From NCBI GenBank assembly GCA_934098485.1, contig CAKOOH010000001.1, forward strand, positions 68,329 through 132,328: a stretch of DNA of 64,000 bases, read 5' to 3'. The DNA is from an uncultured Bacilli bacterium (GTDB taxonomy: Bacteria; Bacillota_I; Bacilli_A; RF39; UBA660). Shown one piece after another: positions 8,947-18,975 of the stretch. Below the pieces are notes generated by a model. That model searched no databases, was not told where the DNA came from, and was given only the letters and a program-made list of their open reading frames with translations. The position numbers were made by a program, and so were the translations under genes. The first letter of the stretch is position 1, and each line of letters begins with the position of its first letter.

Positions 8947-10941
8947 ATGTTAGAGGATATAAAAGGCCTGGGTCCAAAGTCAATTTTATATTTAAATGAG
9001 TTAAAAATCTATGATATAAAAGATTTATTAGAATATTATCCTTATCGTTATAATGTCTATAAACCAAATAATATTAGTGATGCTCATGATGATGAAACTT
9101 TATTAATTAATGGTATGATTGAGCCTCCAATAAAAGTGTTTTTTATTAAAAGAAATTTAAATAAACTTTCTTTTAAATTAAATACAGAAAAAGAAATTAT
9201 TAATGTTTCTATTTTTAATCGAGCTTTTCTTAAGAAAAATATGATTGTAGGAAAAACTATATCAGTTATTGGAAAATATAATAAGAAATCAAATAGTTTA
9301 GTTGCAAGTGATATAAAAATGGTACCAATATTAAAAACTACTATAGAAGGAGTTTATCATTTAAATGCTAATATAAAAAGAGCAAATTTTAAAAAAATAA
9401 TAGAAACAGCAGTTAATAATAATTTTTATGTTTCGTCTTTAGTTCCTTCTTATTTGGCGGAAAAATATAATTTTGTTTCTAAAATGTCTGCAGTTAGAGA
9501 AATGCATTTTCCTAAATCTATAGAAGCATTAAAGCAGGCAAAGATCTTTTTAATCTATGAAGAATTATTTGCGTTTATGTTAAAAATGAATTATTTAAAA
9601 ATGTCAAGAAATAATAATAATGAAATAGATAGTAAAATGTTTGATGAAAAGAAAGTAAATGATTTTATTTTGAGCTTGCCTTTTAAACTTACTGATGATC
9701 AATTAAAGGCGGTAGAGGAAATAAAGTGTGATTTTAAATCTACATCTAGAATGAACAGACTTATTTTAGGTGATGTAGGAAGTGGTAAAACAATAGTTGC
9801 ATTTATTTCATTATATATGAATTATTTGGCTGGGTTTCAAGGAGTTTTGATGGCGCCTACGGAATTACTTGCTTTACAACATTACAATAATATTATAAGT
9901 ACATTTAAAAATATAAACGTTAATGTGTGTTTACTTACAAGTTCTACTAAGAAAAAAGATAGATTACTGATACTTGAAGATTTAAAAAGTGGCAAATGTG
10001 ATATATTAATTGGAACTCATTCGGTTTTAAATAATGAGGTAGTCTTTAAAAATATTGGTTTAGTAATAACGGATGAACAACATAGATTTGGAGTTGCACA
10101 AAGAAAAAATTTACAAAATAAGGGCGACATGACTGATGTTCTTTATTTAAGCGCTACTCCTATACCTCGAACTTTGGCTTTGACTCTTTTTGGAGATATG
10201 GATATTTCGCAAATTAAAACAAAACCGGCAAATAGAAAACAAATTTATACAAAACTTTATAAAAATAATGAAATAAAATCGGTACTAAAGTTAATGCTTG
10301 ATGAAATAAAGAATAATCATCAAATTTATGTAGTTGCACCTTTAATTGAAGATGAAGAAGGTTCATCTAGTATGGAAAATGTAATATCTTTAAAAGAAAA
10401 AATTAATGTAGCATTTAATGGTAAAGTTCCTTTAGAGGTATTACACGGCAAGTTAAGTGCAAAAGAAAAAGAACAAATTATGAATGACTTTAAGTTAGGC
10501 ATTATTAAAATATTAATTTCTACAACGGTTATAGAGGTTGGCGTAGATGTAAAAAATGCAACGATGATGGTAGTTTTTAATGCGGAAAGATTTGGTCTAG
10601 CAACTCTTCATCAGTTAAGAGGACGTATTGGAAGAAACGATTTAGAAAGTAAGTGCCTTTTAGTAAGTGATTATGATACTCCTAGACTTAAAATATTAGA
10701 GGAGACAAACGATGGCTTTTTAATAAGTGAAAAAGATTTTGAATTAAGAGGCTCGGGTGATTTGTTTGGGGTTAGACAAAGTGGAGATATGAGTTTTAAA
10801 ATTGCAAATCTTGCTAGTGATTTTAAAATTTTAAAACAGTGTGATACTGATAGTAAAGAATTTATTAGTAATCATTTAAATGAAATTAAGAAGTTTCCAG
10901 AACAAAAAAAGGTATTAGATAGTGTATTTTTAAACAACTAA
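8947..10941 (+). CDS. recG: ATP-dependent DNA helicase RecG
   Basis: MLEDIKGLGPKSILYLNELKIYDIKDLLEYYPYRY (RecG N-terminus). Helicase motifs GDVGSGKT, DEQHRFGV and QLRGRIGR. The RBS GGAGG lies 4 nt before ATG 8947. Confidence 0.9.
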   Translation: MLEDIKGLGPKSILYLNELKIYDIKDLLEYYPYRYNVYKPNNISDAHDDETLLINGMIEPPIKVFFIKRNLNKLSFKLNTEKEIINVSIFNRAFLKKNMIVGKTISVIGKYNKKSNSLVASDIKMVPILKTTIEGVYHLNANIKRANFKKIIETAVNNNFYVSSLVPSYLAEKYNFVSKMSAVREMHFPKSIEALKQAKIFLIYEELFAFMLKMNYLKMSRNNNNEIDSKMFDEKKVNDFILSLPFKLTDDQLKAVEEIKCDFKSTSRMNRLILGDVGSGKTIVAFISLYMNYLAGFQGVLMAPTELLALQHYNNIISTFKNINVNVCLLTSSTKKKDRLLILEDLKSGKCDILIGTHSVLNNEVVFKNIGLVITDEQHRFGVAQRKNLQNKGDMTDVLYLSATPIPRTLALTLFGDMDISQIKTKPANRKQIYTKLYKNNEIKSVLKLMLDEIKNNHQIYVVAPLIEDEEGSSSMENVISLKEKINVAFNGKVPLEVLHGKLSAKEKEQIMNDFKLGIIKILISTTVIEVGVDVKNATMMVVFNAERFGLATLHQLRGRIGRNDLESKCLLVSDYDTPRLKILEETNDGFLISEKDFELRGSGDLFGVRQSGDMSFKIANLASDFKILKQCDTDSKEFISNHLNEIKKFPEQKKVLDSVFLNN

Positions 10942-10971
10942 TGATATAATTAGATTAGAGAGGAGTTTATA

Positions 10972-11580
10972 ATGAATAGAGTTAAAATTAAAAATCAGGC
11001 AAAAGAGATAATTAAAGGAAACATTTGGACACTTTTGCTACCATTTATTATAGCTGGAGCTTTATCAGGATTAGTTGGTGGTTTTTCTGGATACTATAGT
11101 TCTTCTACGGAAAGTGCAACTTTAAGTGTTATTTCTTCAATAGTAGAAATAGCAGTTTTACCTTTAACGATTGGTGCGACAGCTTACGTTATGAAATTTG
11201 TTAGAAAAGAACCTGTTGATTTAAATTATATGTTTTCTTTCTATAAACAATTTTGGCCAATCTTTGTACTTACATTTTTAATTGGACTATTTACATCATT
11301 ATGGACATTATTATTTATAGTTCCAGGGATTATAGCAGCAATTAGTTATTCGATGAGTCAGTATATTTTTATTGATGGTGAAGAAGATGCTATGGAATGC
11401 ATTAGAAAAAGTAAAAAAATGATGGATGGTTATAAAGCTGATTATTTTGTATTTAATTTAAGTTTTATAGGTTGGATTTTATTAGCAATTCCAACATTTG
11501 GATTAATTTTTATTTACCTTATTCCATATATGACAGTATCACAAGTGCTTTACTATGAAGAGTTAAAAAAATTAAATTAA
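10972..11580 (+). CDS. DUF975-family integral membrane protein
   Basis: MNRVKIKNQAKEIIKGNIWTLLLPFIIAG... shows the typical DUF975 N-terminus, followed by multiple TM segments. Confidence 0.5.
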   Translation: MNRVKIKNQAKEIIKGNIWTLLLPFIIAGALSGLVGGFSGYYSSSTESATLSVISSIVEIAVLPLTIGATAYVMKFVRKEPVDLNYMFSFYKQFWPIFVLTFLIGLFTSLWTLLFIVPGIIAAISYSMSQYIFIDGEEDAMECIRKSKKMMDGYKADYFVFNLSFIGWILLAIPTFGLIFIYLIPYMTVSQVLYYEELKKLN

Positions 11581-11703
11581 GTAGTAAAATGTTTATAAAA
11601 TGAATTGACAAAGTTTTATAAATTTTATATTATAGTTATAGCATGATAGAAATGTCATGCTGATATCTCTAACGATCTTAATGTTAGAGTGTATCAACCA
11701 AAA

Positions 11704-11734
11704 CCCCCTGAAGAGGCCGAAAGGCCTCATTTTT
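11704..11734 (+). terminator. CCCCCTGAAGAG-hairpin-T5 terminator element, copy 1 of 3
   Basis: CCCCCTGAAGAG at 11704-11715 overlaps the hairpin GAGGCC-gaaa-GGCCTC (11713-11728), followed by ATTTTT. Related copies lie at 23018-23057 and 34196-34234. Confidence 0.6.
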
Positions 11735-11770
11735 GTTTATTTTAAAGAATTTGAGGCCTATTAAATTATT

Positions 11771-11790
11771 TTAGGTACTAAGTTAGGTAC
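11771..11790 (+). repeat. TTAGGTAC tandem doublet (period 12), copy A
   Basis: TTAGGTAC at 11771-11778 and again at 11783-11790. It lies about 40 bp after terminator element 1 and about 120 bp upstream of the AbiEi-like gene. Confidence 0.7.
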
Positions 11791-11912
11791 GTAAATTTAA
11801 AAAAATACTAATTTTTTGACATAAATTATTGGTATTTTATTTTTATAATAGTATTGACATTCATACTGACAAAATATAAAATAATGATATAAAAGTCAAA
11901 AGGAGAATGTAT

Positions 11913-12539
11913 ATGGAAAAGATGACTATAAAAGAGTTTAAAGATCAAAGTAATATTGAGATAATACAGGAGCTAATGAAGGTTAATAATGGATATATTA
12001 CATCTAAACAACTAACCGAATTGGGCATTCATAGAATGTATCTTAATATTATGGTAGATAGAGGTATTATAGAAAAACTTGATAATGGAATATATCTTGA
12101 TGTTAATAAATTTCCAGATTCTTATTATGTACTTAATTTGAATTTATCAGGTATTATATATTCTCATATGACTGCATTATATTTTCATGGATTATCAATT
12201 AAAGCTCCTGATACCAAGTATGATATAACTGTTAAGAAAAATTATAATAGTGTTAAATTGAAAAATCATAATGTATTTTATGTATCTGATGATATATATG
12301 AATTAGGATTAACGGAAGTGAAAACACCATTTGGAAATAATGTTAGAGTATATGATATTGAAAGATGTATATGTGATATTATAAGGTCTAAAAAAAGAAT
12401 GGATAATGAACATATTAAATATAGTTTAAGAGAATATATTAAGAGAAAGGATAAGGATCTTGTTAAACTTTCTAAGTACGCAGATAAAATGGGTATTAAA
12501 AAAGAAGTAATGGATTTATTGGAGTGGTTATATGAATAA
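11913..12539 (+). CDS. AbiEi-like wHTH protein (type IV TA antitoxin / transcriptional regulator family)
   Basis: N-terminal ITSKQLTELGIHRMYLNIMVDRGIIEKLDNGIY resembles the AbiEi N-terminal winged helix. The C-terminal TPFGNNVRVYDIERCICDIIRSK region also resembles AbiEi. RBS AAAGGAGA lies 7 nt before ATG 11913. Confidence 0.55.
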   Translation: MEKMTIKEFKDQSNIEIIQELMKVNNGYITSKQLTELGIHRMYLNIMVDRGIIEKLDNGIYLDVNKFPDSYYVLNLNLSGIIYSHMTALYFHGLSIKAPDTKYDITVKKNYNSVKLKNHNVFYVSDDIYELGLTEVKTPFGNNVRVYDIERCICDIIRSKKRMDNEHIKYSLREYIKRKDKDLVKLSKYADKMGIKKEVMDLLEWLYE

Positions 12540-12732
12540 GATAATAGTTAATAAAATTAAATGTAAAAAATGTGGAGATGTTATTGAATCAACATATAGA
12601 TATGATTTTAAATTTTGTAAATGCGGTGCAGTTGCTGTAGATGGTGGAAAAGATTATTTAAGAAGATTAGGATATGAAGAAGATTATGAAGAATTATCTG
12701 AAGTAGTGAAGGAGGATAAAAAAGATGAATGA
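12532..12732 (+). CDS. small Zn-ribbon protein (CxxC...CxC)
   Basis: The 66-aa product KCKKCGDVIESTYRYDFKFCKCGAVAV carries four Cys residues in a zinc-ribbon arrangement. It overlaps the upstream stop by 8 nt, suggesting translational coupling. Confidence 0.45.
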   Translation: MNKIIVNKIKCKKCGDVIESTYRYDFKFCKCGAVAVDGGKDYLRRLGYEEDYEELSEVVKEDKKDE

Positions 12733-12946
12733 TAAATACGTATTTGAAACTGAAAGTTCTAGAGAAATGGAAATAGTAGCTTCTAGACATAAAATACTAT
12801 CAGTTTTAGATGATATAAAGAATTGGCGTAGAGAATTATATAAAGGATATGATAATAATGTAAGAATCTATGTAATGGTAAATTATATACTCACACTGAT
12901 TTTGAAGAAGCAAGAGATAAATTACCAAAAGATGAACATGGATTAA
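12725..12946 (+). CDS. small hypothetical protein, probably frameshifted (it continues in the -1 frame to 13038)
   Basis: Overlaps the upstream gene by 8 nt. A second frame, 12859-13038 (..DFEEARDKLPKDEHGLIKDCKHVYLDIDLIDKIDNILSEVNYLLDY), has no start codon, consistent with a frameshift. Confidence 0.3.
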   Translation: MNDKYVFETESSREMEIVASRHKILSVLDDIKNWRRELYKGYDNNVRIYVMVNYILTLILKKQEINYQKMNMD

Positions 12947-13183
12947 TAAAAGATTGTAAGCATGTTTATTTAGATATTGATTTAATAGATAAAATTGATA
13001 ATATACTTTCAGAAGTTAATTATTTATTAGATTACTAAATTCTATTTATGTATTGACAAAACAAATAATAATTAGTAAAATATCATTTATTATTTATGTT
13101 TTTGTGAAAAAATCACAAAAATAATAAAAATAAGTATACTTTTTTATAATTTGAGTATATAATATTAATAGGAGGAGATAAAA

Positions 13184-14452
13184 ATGCTTATAGAATTTAG
13201 TGTTAAAAATTTTTTATCATTTAAAGATAAAGTTACATTATCAATGGAAAAAGGTAATGGTGATGAAAAACTAGAAAATGTATTTACTAAAAATGATGTT
13301 GATCTGTTAAGAACAACTGCTATTTATGGAGCAAATGCATCTGGTAAAACAAATATTTTAAAAGCTTTTACTTGCGCAATATTAATGATTAGAAATTCTA
13401 ATTTTATGAATGCCACTAATAAATGGCTTTCAATAAAACCTTTCTTATTTGATAAAAAAACAAGTAAGGAACCTAGTGAATTTGAATTTATTTTCATTGC
13501 TAATGGTGTTAAATATAGATACTTCTTTAGTGCAGATGCAAATAAGATATATGATGAAATTTTAGATGCATATTATACACAGAAACCAACAAATATATTT
13601 ACAAGAACAAATACAAATGATTATGAATTTAATAATGATAAATCTAAATTAGACTCAATAGCTGCAAAGAATACTGAAAATAAACTATTTTTAACAACAG
13701 CAACAACTTGGAATTATGATAAAACAAAAGATGCATTTTTATGGTTTAGTGAAAAAATTGATACATATGATTCATTTGATAGGATATTAGATCAGGACTT
13801 AATTGAATATAGTAAAAATGATGGAGAATTAAAAGAATTTGCTTTAAAATTATTAAAAGAAGCAGATATATTTATTAAAGATATTCATGTTGATTATGAA
13901 GAAAAAGAAATGGATAATGCAATGATGGATTTGTTAATTCCACCACTTGCTAGAACTAACGGAACATTTAAAATGTCTAATGTTAGAATAGAATTAGAAC
14001 ATGAAATAACTGATGAAAATAAAAATAAACATATTTATAGTTTAAATTTCAATGATGAATCATCAGGAACACGAACATTATTTGCTTTAGCGCCATTTTT
14101 AAAAAGAGCATTTGAGAGTACAAAAACAATTGTAGTAGATGAACTAGAAAAAAGTATGCATCCAGCATTAGTAGAATTTATTGTAAAACTATTTAATGAT
14201 AAATCTGTTAATAAAGCAAATAGTCAGTTGATATTCATAACTCATGCAACAAATTTATTAACAATAGAATTATTAAGAAGAGATCAGATATGGTTTACTG
14301 AAAAAAATCCAGACACTGGTGTTTCAGAATTATATCCACTTGATTCGTTTTCAGTTAGAAAAGATGAAAATATTCAGAAAGGTTACATAAATGGTAGATA
14401 TGGGGCAGTTCCATTTATAAAAGATATTGATTCATGGCCAGAAGATATGTAG
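13184..14452 (+). CDS. AAA_21-type ABC ATPase (AbiLi/RloA-like)
   Basis: MLIEFSVKNFLSFKD...AIYGANASGKTNILKA (Walker A). Walker B IVVDELEKSMHP. RBS AGGAGGAG. Confidence 0.55.
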   Translation: MLIEFSVKNFLSFKDKVTLSMEKGNGDEKLENVFTKNDVDLLRTTAIYGANASGKTNILKAFTCAILMIRNSNFMNATNKWLSIKPFLFDKKTSKEPSEFEFIFIANGVKYRYFFSADANKIYDEILDAYYTQKPTNIFTRTNTNDYEFNNDKSKLDSIAAKNTENKLFLTTATTWNYDKTKDAFLWFSEKIDTYDSFDRILDQDLIEYSKNDGELKEFALKLLKEADIFIKDIHVDYEEKEMDNAMMDLLIPPLARTNGTFKMSNVRIELEHEITDENKNKHIYSLNFNDESSGTRTLFALAPFLKRAFESTKTIVVDELEKSMHPALVEFIVKLFNDKSVNKANSQLIFITHATNLLTIELLRRDQIWFTEKNPDTGVSELYPLDSFSVRKDENIQKGYINGRYGAVPFIKDIDSWPEDM

Positions 14453-15048
14453 CACCAAGAAAAAGTAAAAGACCAATAATTATTATTGGCTCTGAAGGTG
14501 AAGGTAGAAATACAGAAAAGTGTTATTTTGGAAACTTTTCAAATAATAGTTTAAGAATTAAATTTTCTACTGGTGGGAGTACTAATCCTAAAGGAATGGT
14601 TGATGATTTGATTAATTATATTCATAATATAGATGCTAAATCAGAAGATCACATAAGAACATTCTTAGTACTAGATACAGATTTAAGTGAAAAACGAATA
14701 AGTGAAATAAAAGAAATAGAACAGAAATGCAAAGATAATAATATTGAAATCATAACTTCGGCTCCAACATTTGAAATATGGTTTTTAATGCATTATAGAA
14801 ACAATAAATTAAAGTTTCTAACAAGTAAAGATGTAAAAAGGGAATTAGAAAAAATTAATGGTACATATTCAGAAACTATGGATATGTATAACAAAATTAA
14901 AAATCAAACAGATGATGCAAGAAGTACTGCACAATCTATTGAACAACAAATTATTAAAGATAGTGAAGATTTATTAAAATCTAATCCACATTCTAGTGTT
15001 TATAAAATATTAGATGCAATAGATGAATTTAATAATTTGAAAGATTAA
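14434..15048 (+). CDS. RloB-like protein (AbiLii-like, Toprim/OLD-related)
   Basis: RPIIIIGSEGEGRNTEKCYFGNF matches the RloB N-terminal EGExTExxYF motif. It overlaps the upstream ATPase gene by 19 nt. Confidence 0.5.
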   Translation: MARRYVAPRKSKRPIIIIGSEGEGRNTEKCYFGNFSNNSLRIKFSTGGSTNPKGMVDDLINYIHNIDAKSEDHIRTFLVLDTDLSEKRISEIKEIEQKCKDNNIEIITSAPTFEIWFLMHYRNNKLKFLTSKDVKRELEKINGTYSETMDMYNKIKNQTDDARSTAQSIEQQIIKDSEDLLKSNPHSSVYKILDAIDEFNNLKD

Positions 15049-15170
15049 ATAATTCTCTCTATATAACAAATATAAACATATGTTATAATGTAGTAAAGAA
15101 AGCGCTAGTACAGGCTTGATTAACAAGTTTATGTATTGGCGCTTTTTTAGTAGTAAAGGAGTATAAATAT

Positions 15171-17360
15171 ATGGAAGTTACTTTTAGAAATTATGAGACA
15201 AATAAAGATATTACACTTAATTCAGAAAAATCTTTATTAGTAATTTATGGTAAAAATGGTAGTGGAAAGACAACTTTATCGAGAAATAATTATTTTGATA
15301 AAAATTATGTTTTTAATGAAGATTTTATTTTTTCGAATGTTTATAATATTACAGAAACTGGTGCTTCGCAAACCGCTTCCACTAAAGAAAAATTTTCCGG
15401 ACTTTGGTTAGGCGAAGATATTGTAAAAATAAGAAAAGAAATTAGTAATATATTGGAAATTGAGAAAAAGATAAAAAATGATTTTCAAACTGAACAAACA
15501 AAATTACTAGATTTTTTTGCTAAAAATCAAATTCAAGTTAATATTTATGATAAAATCAAAGAATTAAATGATAAAGATTTTTGCTTGAATTTAGAAAAAT
15601 ATGATGAGCAAAAAGAAAACTATATTTCGACTTTAATTTTTAAAACCAATATAACAGATAAAGAAAAGTTTATTGAAAAATTAACATATTATAGAAAAAA
15701 TGATATTTATAATATGCTTGTTTCAAAGATAAAATCTAATAACTTATTATCTGAATTAATATTTGCAGATGTTAAAGGTTATATTGATAATATAAATATG
15801 AGGATAAGTCTATTAAGTAAGCAAAAAGAAATAATAGATGAAGTTGAAAAAATATATAAAGATGAAGAAATTACTAATGATCTAAAGGAAAAAATACAAG
15901 ATTGGTATGAAATCCATAAGGATAGGAATAAATGTGTATTTTGTGGCAATACAAATATAGAATCTGCAAAAACAAAATGGAAAAAAGTTTTTTTGAATGA
16001 ATTTATTGATTGCAAAAATAAATTAATAAAGGAATTAAGAATTGATTTAAATTATTGCGAAAATATTATCAATGAAAAACAATTTGCTGAAGTTGATAAA
16101 GATATTATTGACACTATTTCTAAATTGATCAACTATTTAAAAAAATACATTGAAGATACCGAAAAAAATGTATTTTCAAAATTTGAATATAAAGTGGAAT
16201 TTGTAAAAAAAGAAATTGTAGAATTAAATGATTTAATAAACAATTTAGTTAATTATGTTTTGAATAAAAAGAAAGATATCTTAGGTTTTTATCATAATTC
16301 ACAGCAATTTGTAGAAAAATTAAAAAAAGAAAAATTAGAATTAACTGATAAATTAATGGATGAAAAAGGCATTATAATAGCTGATAGTATAAACAAAAAA
16401 TTTGAAAAATTTGGATTAAATAAGAATATAAAGATAATTGTTGATAAACGCTCTACACCTCACAAATTTACATATTCTATCGAAAATCATAGTAATATTA
16501 ATGAATTAAGTGATGGTCAAAAACATAAATTAGCGCTAGCAATTTTTATGAATTATCTTGAAAATCACGATTTGAAAGGTAAAACAATTGTTATTGATGA
16601 TCCAGTGGTTTCACTAGACATTTCGAGTTATATTTTATTTAAACAATATTTATTAAATGATTTAATAATTCAAAAATTTGATGAAAGTACTAAATTGATA
16701 TTATTAACACATGATATCACATATTTATATATCCAATTGTCTAATATATTTGAGAATCAACATATGAGAAATATAACGCAAGTATTTAAATTGAATGGGG
16801 TTAAAATCGAAGAAATTCCATTAGACTTTATTAAAACAGATGACATCACACTATTTAGAGAAGCACTTGATAGTTTAACAAACATATCTGAACTAAGAAT
16901 ATTGAATGCAATAATAAATAAAATTTTCAGAATTGAAATAGACCTTAAGTTAAGGTTTTTTGGATTATCACTTACCGATAAAATAGGAATCGAAGAATTA
17001 AAAATTGATGAGGATAAAAAGAAAATAATTCGAGATTATGGGAAACACATTGTAGAAACAAGCAGAAGAGATCATCCGACCGATAGTGATATTCAACAAA
17101 GTTTATTATATTTAAAAGAAGTATCAGATATTTTAGGATTTAATGATTTTATCACAGATAACCATATTGAAAATATTAATAAAATAGTTAATGAACAAAT
17201 AGATGGACCAATAAATAGTGAGTTGTTTAATTTAATTGACTCTGTAAAGAAATTCCTAAAATCGGATAATAATGATGACTTTAAAAATTATATTGAACAT
17301 ACAAGGAATTCTTATACTCGTAATCTTATTGGTTTGGGGTTAGATGATTATTTCAATTAA
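15171..17360 (+). CDS. RloC/PrrC-like ABC ATPase with a coiled-coil zinc hook; putative abortive-infection anticodon-nuclease-type protein
   Basis: Walker A GKNGSGKTT. A long coiled coil contains CVFCGN (a CxxC hook). D-loop/Walker B IVIDDPVVSLD (AAA_13-like). The C-terminal roughly 200 aa are uncharacterised (..ETSRRDHPTDSD..). Confidence 0.4.
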   Translation: MEVTFRNYETNKDITLNSEKSLLVIYGKNGSGKTTLSRNNYFDKNYVFNEDFIFSNVYNITETGASQTASTKEKFSGLWLGEDIVKIRKEISNILEIEKKIKNDFQTEQTKLLDFFAKNQIQVNIYDKIKELNDKDFCLNLEKYDEQKENYISTLIFKTNITDKEKFIEKLTYYRKNDIYNMLVSKIKSNNLLSELIFADVKGYIDNINMRISLLSKQKEIIDEVEKIYKDEEITNDLKEKIQDWYEIHKDRNKCVFCGNTNIESAKTKWKKVFLNEFIDCKNKLIKELRIDLNYCENIINEKQFAEVDKDIIDTISKLINYLKKYIEDTEKNVFSKFEYKVEFVKKEIVELNDLINNLVNYVLNKKKDILGFYHNSQQFVEKLKKEKLELTDKLMDEKGIIIADSINKKFEKFGLNKNIKIIVDKRSTPHKFTYSIENHSNINELSDGQKHKLALAIFMNYLENHDLKGKTIVIDDPVVSLDISSYILFKQYLLNDLIIQKFDESTKLILLTHDITYLYIQLSNIFENQHMRNITQVFKLNGVKIEEIPLDFIKTDDITLFREALDSLTNISELRILNAIINKIFRIEIDLKLRFFGLSLTDKIGIEELKIDEDKKKIIRDYGKHIVETSRRDHPTDSDIQQSLLYLKEVSDILGFNDFITDNHIENINKIVNEQIDGPINSELFNLIDSVKKFLKSDNNDDFKNYIEHTRNSYTRNLIGLGLDDYFN

Positions 17361-17374
17361 AAAGACCTAGTCCA

Positions 17375-18614
17375 CTAAAGGACTAGGTCATCTTCTTTTT
17401 TATTATCTAAATCTTCATTATAATCATAATACTCAGCATCTTCATAATCAATAATTGTTTCTTTAGGTTCAGGTAATTCTTTCTGCTTACTTTCTAATAA
17501 TTTAGTATTTTGAACTTCTATAATTTGAACTATGTTCTCAAGTCTATTTTGGTACATATGAGAGTAGGTATTAAGTGTTTCATCAATTTTAGAATGTCCT
17601 AAGTACTTAGCTACTAATATTGGCTCCACTATCAATTAATAGCGATGCACAACTATGTCTAAAATCATGTACTCTTATATCTTTAACACCAGCTTTAAAA
17701 GCATTTTTAGTTTTTCTATCTCTTAATGTAGTTTCTGGTAATGGATCAATATCTCCAAAAACATACCAGTTATCATTGAAATTATAAAATCTACTACTAT
17801 CATCGTATAAATCTTTTAAGTAATTTAATAAGAAATTTGGAATAGGTATTGTTCTGTAACTAGACATTGTCTTGGGACTGGATACAGAGTAGGGTTTACC
17901 AGTATTTGGATCAGGTGTTTTAGTAATATTTTTATTTACTGATAAACAACCTTTTCTAAAGTTAATATCATTCCATGTTAATCCTCTAAGCTCACCATTT
18001 CTTAATCCATAATAGAATAATACTTGAAATGCACATACAAATTTAGGATCATCTTCAACAGATAAGAATTTTTGAAATTCTTCTGGTGTATAGAATAACA
18101 TTTCTCTTTTTCTTTCATTAGGATTAGTGAAATTAGTCATTTTATTATAAACTTTAATAAAATTAATATCATACCATTTAGTTCCAAAATTCATTATTGC
18201 TTTTAAATATTTATAAATACCATTTTTATATCTAGTAGATATCTTTTGCTTATTTATATATTGTCTCCACATTTCATAATGTCTAATATTAAATGATTCA
18301 AGTTTTATATTTAATAAAGGTTCTAAATAAACCATCATATTTTTATAATTATAAAGAGTAGTAGGTTTAACTTTATCTTCTTGATATTTATAATGCTCTT
18401 CAATTAATTCTTTAAAGGTTAAATCACTAAATTCAGTAATATTTTTAATATTAATTTTAAATTCTGCTTCATGATCTTTAGCTTCACGTCTAGTAGCAAA
18501 CTTTTTAGAGTGATATCTTCTGGGTCTTCCTAAGTAATCTCTATAAGTTAAATCGACCATCCATGTTCGACCATCTTTTGTAGCTTCTTTATTTTTTACT
18601 TGTCTTATAGCCAT
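17375..18614 (-). pseudogene. tyrosine recombinase/integrase, frameshifted (integrase paralog 1)
   Basis: ORF 17607-18614 has an N-terminal arm-binding-like domain and the catalytic-core boxes (..HDFRHSCASLL). ORF 17375-17635, in another frame, supplies LVAKYLGHSKIDETLNTYSHM, which includes the catalytic Tyr. The two ORFs overlap at 17607-17635. Confidence 0.7.
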
Positions 18615-18679
18615 AAATCTCCTCCTTTGTTATTTGTTTCATCGAATTCTCTTTGTGCTTCTTCATCCATTTGTCTTAG

Positions 18680-18975
18680 TCTTACACCTATTCTTTAGGA
18701 ACTCAAAGAAAGCCAATAAGTGGAAATGAAATACCAAATATTATAAAAGTAGTAAATAATTTTAAAGAGAATAAAGAATTTGATTATGATAAGGCTTTTG
18801 TTGTTTCTAAAGAAGAATTATTAAAAGATGATTGTTCTCTAACTTTAAATAAATACAAAAAAGTTGAAGTAGAAGAAAAAGAATATGAAAAACCAGAAGT
18901 AATTCTTAAAGAAATAATGGATATGGAGGAAGAATTTAAAACAAGACTTAAAGAACTTGGAGAGATGATTAAATG
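18680..18975 (+). pseudogene. hsdM: 3' remnant of the type I RM methyltransferase hsdM (about 98 codons, no start codon)
   Basis: The frame opens after TAG 18677-18679 with no ATG near the 5' end. The translation ...FDYDKAFVVSKEELLKDDCSLTLNKYKKVE...EEFKTRLKELGEMIK resembles an HsdM C-terminus. Its stop overlaps the hsdS start (ATGA). Confidence 0.55.

Noticed and set aside
12608-12790. 60-aa minus-strand ORF overlapping the Zn-ribbon and small-ORF genes
   Set aside because: Antisense to tightly coupled plus-strand genes, with no start context.
15779-16015. 78-aa minus-strand ORF inside the RloC-like gene
   Set aside because: Antisense, low-complexity, no RBS.
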